From the NCBI GenBank assembly GCA_010202845.1, contig CP047921.1, forward strand, positions 270,001 to 302,000: 32,000 bases of DNA. The letters run 5' to 3'. The notes beneath the pieces are model-generated. The model was not told the DNA's origin, did not search any database, and saw nothing but the letters and a program-made list of their open reading frames with translations. The stretch comes from Candidatus Saccharibacteria bacterium oral taxon 488. Its GTDB lineage: Bacteria > Patescibacteriota > Saccharimonadia > Saccharimonadales > Saccharimonadaceae. This document shows positions 29,310-32,000 of the stretch, one piece after another (position 1 is the stretch's first letter; each line of letters starts with the position of its first letter). The translations under genes and the position numbers were made by a program.

Positions 29310-29939
29310 TTACGCTTTCAGTTTTTTATCCTTCAGCTTCAACACCACATCCGCCTGCTTAGCCAGCTGCTTGCTGTGAGTGACGACGATGACGCATTTG
29401 TCATTTTCATGGGCGGCCTGGCGCAGGATATCGATGATGTCAGCAGCGGTAGTTTCGTCCAGGTTGCCAGTCGGCTCGTCTGCCAAGACGATCGGCGCGG
29501 AGGACACCAGCGCTCGCCCGATCGCCACACGCTGTTGCTGACCGCCAGACAGTTTCATAACATTGCGGTGAATGTGATCGTCGTCCAGACCCATGGTGTG
29601 CAATGTTTCGTTGGTGGCTTTAGGATTAACTAATTTCAAGTTTTCTAGCGGCGTCAAGTAGTCAATCAGGTTATAATTCTGAAACACCAGCGAGATATTG
29701 TGTTTACGATGGTGCGAATAACCCTGCTCGGCGATATCCTCGTCGTTGAACAAAATCTGCCCGCCAGTTGGCGTGTCCAATCCCGCTAGTAGCCCGAGCA
29801 GTGTCGACTTGCCGGCGCCAGAACTACCAACGATGGCGTAGAACTTGCCCTTTTCAAATTGATAATTGATGCCGTTGAGCACATTGCTGGTGCCATCAGC
29901 GTATGAGTAAATGATATCGCGTAACGTAAGTATTGACAT
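29310..29939 (-). CDS. ABC transporter ATP-binding protein (MacB/LolD-type)
   Basis: GSSGAGKSTLL (Walker A), LSGGQQQRVAIGRAL (signature), VLADEPTGNLD (Walker B) and VVTHS. TAGGAG lies 4 nt upstream of the ATG. Confidence 0.9.
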   Translation of the reverse strand: MSILTLRDIIYSYADGTSNVLNGINYQFEKGKFYAIVGSSGAGKSTLLGLLAGLDTPTGGQILFNDEDIAEQGYSHHRKHNISLVFQNYNLIDYLTPLENLKLVNPKATNETLHTMGLDDDHIHRNVMKLSGGQQQRVAIGRALVSSAPIVLADEPTGNLDETTAADIIDILRQAAHENDKCVIVVTHSKQLAKQADVVLKLKDKKLKA

Positions 29940-29947
29940 AATAACTC

Positions 29948-31189
29948 CTAACTTAATTTTGCTAAAATTTGCTTTGGTGATTGGCGCATAATCGGCGCGG
30001 TGGCAGCGATGGCTGACAGCAGAACGACCATGTAGCCGAAGGTGAAAGCCTGTAGATAAGTTGCTATTGGCGCGGCTTGCACCACAATCTTTTCTACGCG
30101 CTGGCTTTGGTCGGTTTGCGCCGTCAGGGCAGTAGAAATCTGCGACGAGGCGACCGAACCGATAGCGAGCGCGAACACCGAGCTAACTAGAGCGGTGATC
30201 GCCAACTCTGCCAAGAACTGCCCGATAATCTGCCGCTTCGACGTGCCGATAGACAGCAAGATGCCAATTTCATGCAAGCGGCCGCGCACCCAGAACACCA
30301 GCACCAGTGACAAAACCGCCAGCCCTGCGGCGGCTGCACCGATGGTGGCAATCGTCAAGATATTTTGAATGCCAGCGATATTTTGGAGAACTCCAGCGAA
30401 CACGGCCCCGTTGTCAGTCAGGCTGAATTTCTGCCAATCAATGTTTGGCAAGTTTTTGACGCGGTCTGTCAGCGACTTCAGCTGGTGCGGATTTTCGGCG
30501 AAATACGTCGCTCGCGTCAACTGCTGGCTGCCCGCTAGCTGCTGCGCCACGGCTAGATTGGTGATGAGATGATTCTCCGCCATGTCGGACTGCAAGACCG
30601 CTGGCTTTTCGCCTTTGCCGCTGAAGATACCAGCGACAGTCACCGTCACCCGCCGGCCGTCTTTGGTGATGTCCAGCTTGTCGCCTGTCTTGATACCGTT
30701 TTTCTCGGCAAACGCTTTGTGGATCAGCGCCGCGTTTTGATCGCGCTTGGTCAAGTGCTTGCCCTGCTCTAGTTGGTAAAATTTACCAGTGAACTCGCCG
30801 AGCAGATCGCTCTGTGTCGCGCCCGTCACCTTCGCCTCGCCAGCCACGTTAGAGTCCAGCTGCACGCCGCTGCCTGCCACGTCAATCAATTGCTTGCTTG
30901 GCAGTCCCGCAGTAGTTTCTGCCTGGAAATTGTGCGCTTTGACTTTGTCCAGGCGCTGCACCCGCTGCGCGATATCCATCGGCACCTCGCCCGACGGTTG
31001 CTTGTTAGCGATGCTAAAGCCAGCACGGATATTCCGCTCGACCGATTGCTTCAGCTGCGCCATCGTCTGCTGCACCGTCAGCGTGCCGATCAGCAGCGTG
31101 AAAATCAGCGTCATGATCAGGGCGATGGTCAGGCTGCGACGCCGCCGCCGCGCCACAGCCGTCCAGGCTCGTTTGATAATCGTCATCAT
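29948..31189 (-). CDS. ABC transporter permease, FtsX/MacB-type
   Basis: N-terminal TM helix after RRRRRS, a large extracytoplasmic domain, and a C-terminal FtsX-type 3-TM bundle (EIGILLSIGTSKRQIIGQFLAE). Confidence 0.85.
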   Translation of the reverse strand: MMTIIKRAWTAVARRRRRSLTIALIMTLIFTLLIGTLTVQQTMAQLKQSVERNIRAGFSIANKQPSGEVPMDIAQRVQRLDKVKAHNFQAETTAGLPSKQLIDVAGSGVQLDSNVAGEAKVTGATQSDLLGEFTGKFYQLEQGKHLTKRDQNAALIHKAFAEKNGIKTGDKLDITKDGRRVTVTVAGIFSGKGEKPAVLQSDMAENHLITNLAVAQQLAGSQQLTRATYFAENPHQLKSLTDRVKNLPNIDWQKFSLTDNGAVFAGVLQNIAGIQNILTIATIGAAAAGLAVLSLVLVFWVRGRLHEIGILLSIGTSKRQIIGQFLAELAITALVSSVFALAIGSVASSQISTALTAQTDQSQRVEKIVVQAAPIATYLQAFTFGYMVVLLSAIAATAPIMRQSPKQILAKLS

Positions 31190-31195
31190 TTGCCC

Positions 31196-32000
31196 CTAGT
31201 CCACTTCAGTTAGTAATTCTTTTGGCGTCGACTGGGTGATAGGCCGCGAAGCCAGCAGCACCGCAATGATAATCACCGCTAGCCCAGCGCCCCACACCGC
31301 CAGTAGATCCGTCGGCTGCACACCGACCGTCACCTTGTCCAGCGTACGCGATGACGTCACCGAATCAGCGTCAGCACCAAGCGACGCACCGTTGAGGGAA
31401 CTGCCAGCTTGACGTGTGGCATTCTGCACCGCCTGCGACACCACGTGATCGCCCATTTGTTGCGCAATCAGGCCTGCGGTAAAGTACGACGCACCGAAGC
31501 TCAGCACTGCGATCATCACCAGCTCGGCGATGTATTGCAGCACAATCTTTGATTGCGGCACGCCCGTCGCCAAGAGTACGCCCGCTTCGCGCTTGCGCTC
31601 GTTCATCCACAAGTACAGCACCATGCCGATTACCACAACACTGACCAGCGCCGTCGCCCACAACATACCGTCGATCAAGCCGTACACGCCATTGACTGCA
31701 CCAGTCACGCCAGCCAGTTCCTGACTATTCTTATTCAATTGATACTTTTGCCAATTGACCGGCAATTTATTCGCCCGCGCCATTACCTCATCCAACTGTT
31801 TGGTGCCCTTGGTAAAGAACGTAGCGTCCTGGTAAATCTCATTTTGCGCCGTATAGGCATTCAGCTGGCGGGTTGTCGTGAGGTCAGTCAAGAACAAATT
31901 CTCGAACAGCTCCACCTGATACGTCGCCTGCTTTGGGTTTTTGCCGTTAAATATACCGACGATTTCCACTTCCACCTCGTCCTTGGATGGATGCTCGTTG
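31196..32000 (-). CDS. ABC transporter permease, FtsX/MacB-type (partial; continues beyond the right edge)
   Basis: The frame stays open upstream of the ORF-track GTG at 31975 (NEHPSKDEVEVEIVGIFNGK...). FtsX motif EAGVLLATGVPQSKIVLQYIAE. Confidence 0.8.
   Translation of the reverse strand, partial: NEHPSKDEVEVEIVGIFNGKNPKQATYQVELFENLFLTDLTTTRQLNAYTAQNEIYQDATFFTKGTKQLDEVMARANKLPVNWQKYQLNKNSQELAGVTGAVNGVYGLIDGMLWATALVSVVVIGMVLYLWMNERKREAGVLLATGVPQSKIVLQYIAELVMIAVLSFGASYFTAGLIAQQMGDHVVSQAVQNATRQAGSSLNGASLGADADSVTSSRTLDKVTVGVQPTDLLAVWGAGLAVIIIAVLLASRPITQSTPKELLTEVD

Noticed and set aside
27208-29387. A classical IS element, transposon or integrase-bearing island.
   Set aside because: The interval has no transposase or integrase ORF and no terminal inverted repeats. 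The flanking repeats are direct copies of a gene end, so only a non-autonomous cassette is claimed.
1-32000. CRISPR arrays, rRNA genes, or an alternative genetic code (for example TGA recoding, as in some candidate phyla).
   Set aside because: No regularly spaced short repeats and no rRNA-like conserved blocks were seen. All long conserved genes (topA, the P-type ATPase, the T4CP-like ATPase) read through without in-frame TGA, TAA or TAG under the standard code.

Overview
The window is 32 kb of compact bacterial chromosome. It carries mostly minus-strand housekeeping genes: topA, dprA, pth, an RlmD/RumA-type RNA methyltransferase, tRNA-Gln(UUG), a type IV pilin-like gene, a Nudix hydrolase, a P-type ATPase and a MacB/FtsX-type ABC transporter. 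It also holds a Fur/Zur-centred metal cluster and a membrane-anchored T4SS-coupling-protein-like ATPase operon. The gene set suggests a reduced-genome, Gram-positive-like or Patescibacteria (Saccharibacteria-like) organism, but that is an unverified inference. No rRNA, CRISPR array, transposase or integrase was recognised. The main findings read directly from the sequence are as follows. (1) A 55-nt imperfectly palindromic repeat lies in frame inside lineage-specific insertions of two unrelated housekeeping genes (topA and the RlmD-like gene). It sits in opposite orientations relative to the reading frames, which recalls Rickettsia-type coding-sequence-invading palindromic elements. (2) An AT-rich ~2-kb single-gene cassette encodes a fused ABC-ATPase/Toprim (OLD/PARIS-like) protein. 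It is inserted into the 3' end of the ABC-transporter ATPase gene and is bracketed by a 78-nt duplication of that gene end. (3) A 19-bp palindrome (ATTGCGACA-N-TGTCGCAAT) recurs five times between 14 and 23 kb: once in the fur/NAS-like divergent promoter, twice in convergent intergenic gaps and twice inside coding sequence. (4) At least eleven genes have a -10 hexamer 6-10 nt upstream of the ATG and no Shine-Dalgarno, which implies pervasive leaderless or near-leaderless transcription and moves several start codons. (5) A noncoding unit runs from a perfect consensus promoter to an intrinsic terminator (about 12084-12397). (6) A 1.4-kb noncoding gap (426-1841) contains a GC-richer, structured-looking core. 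All family assignments come from motif reading by eye, and no database search was possible.
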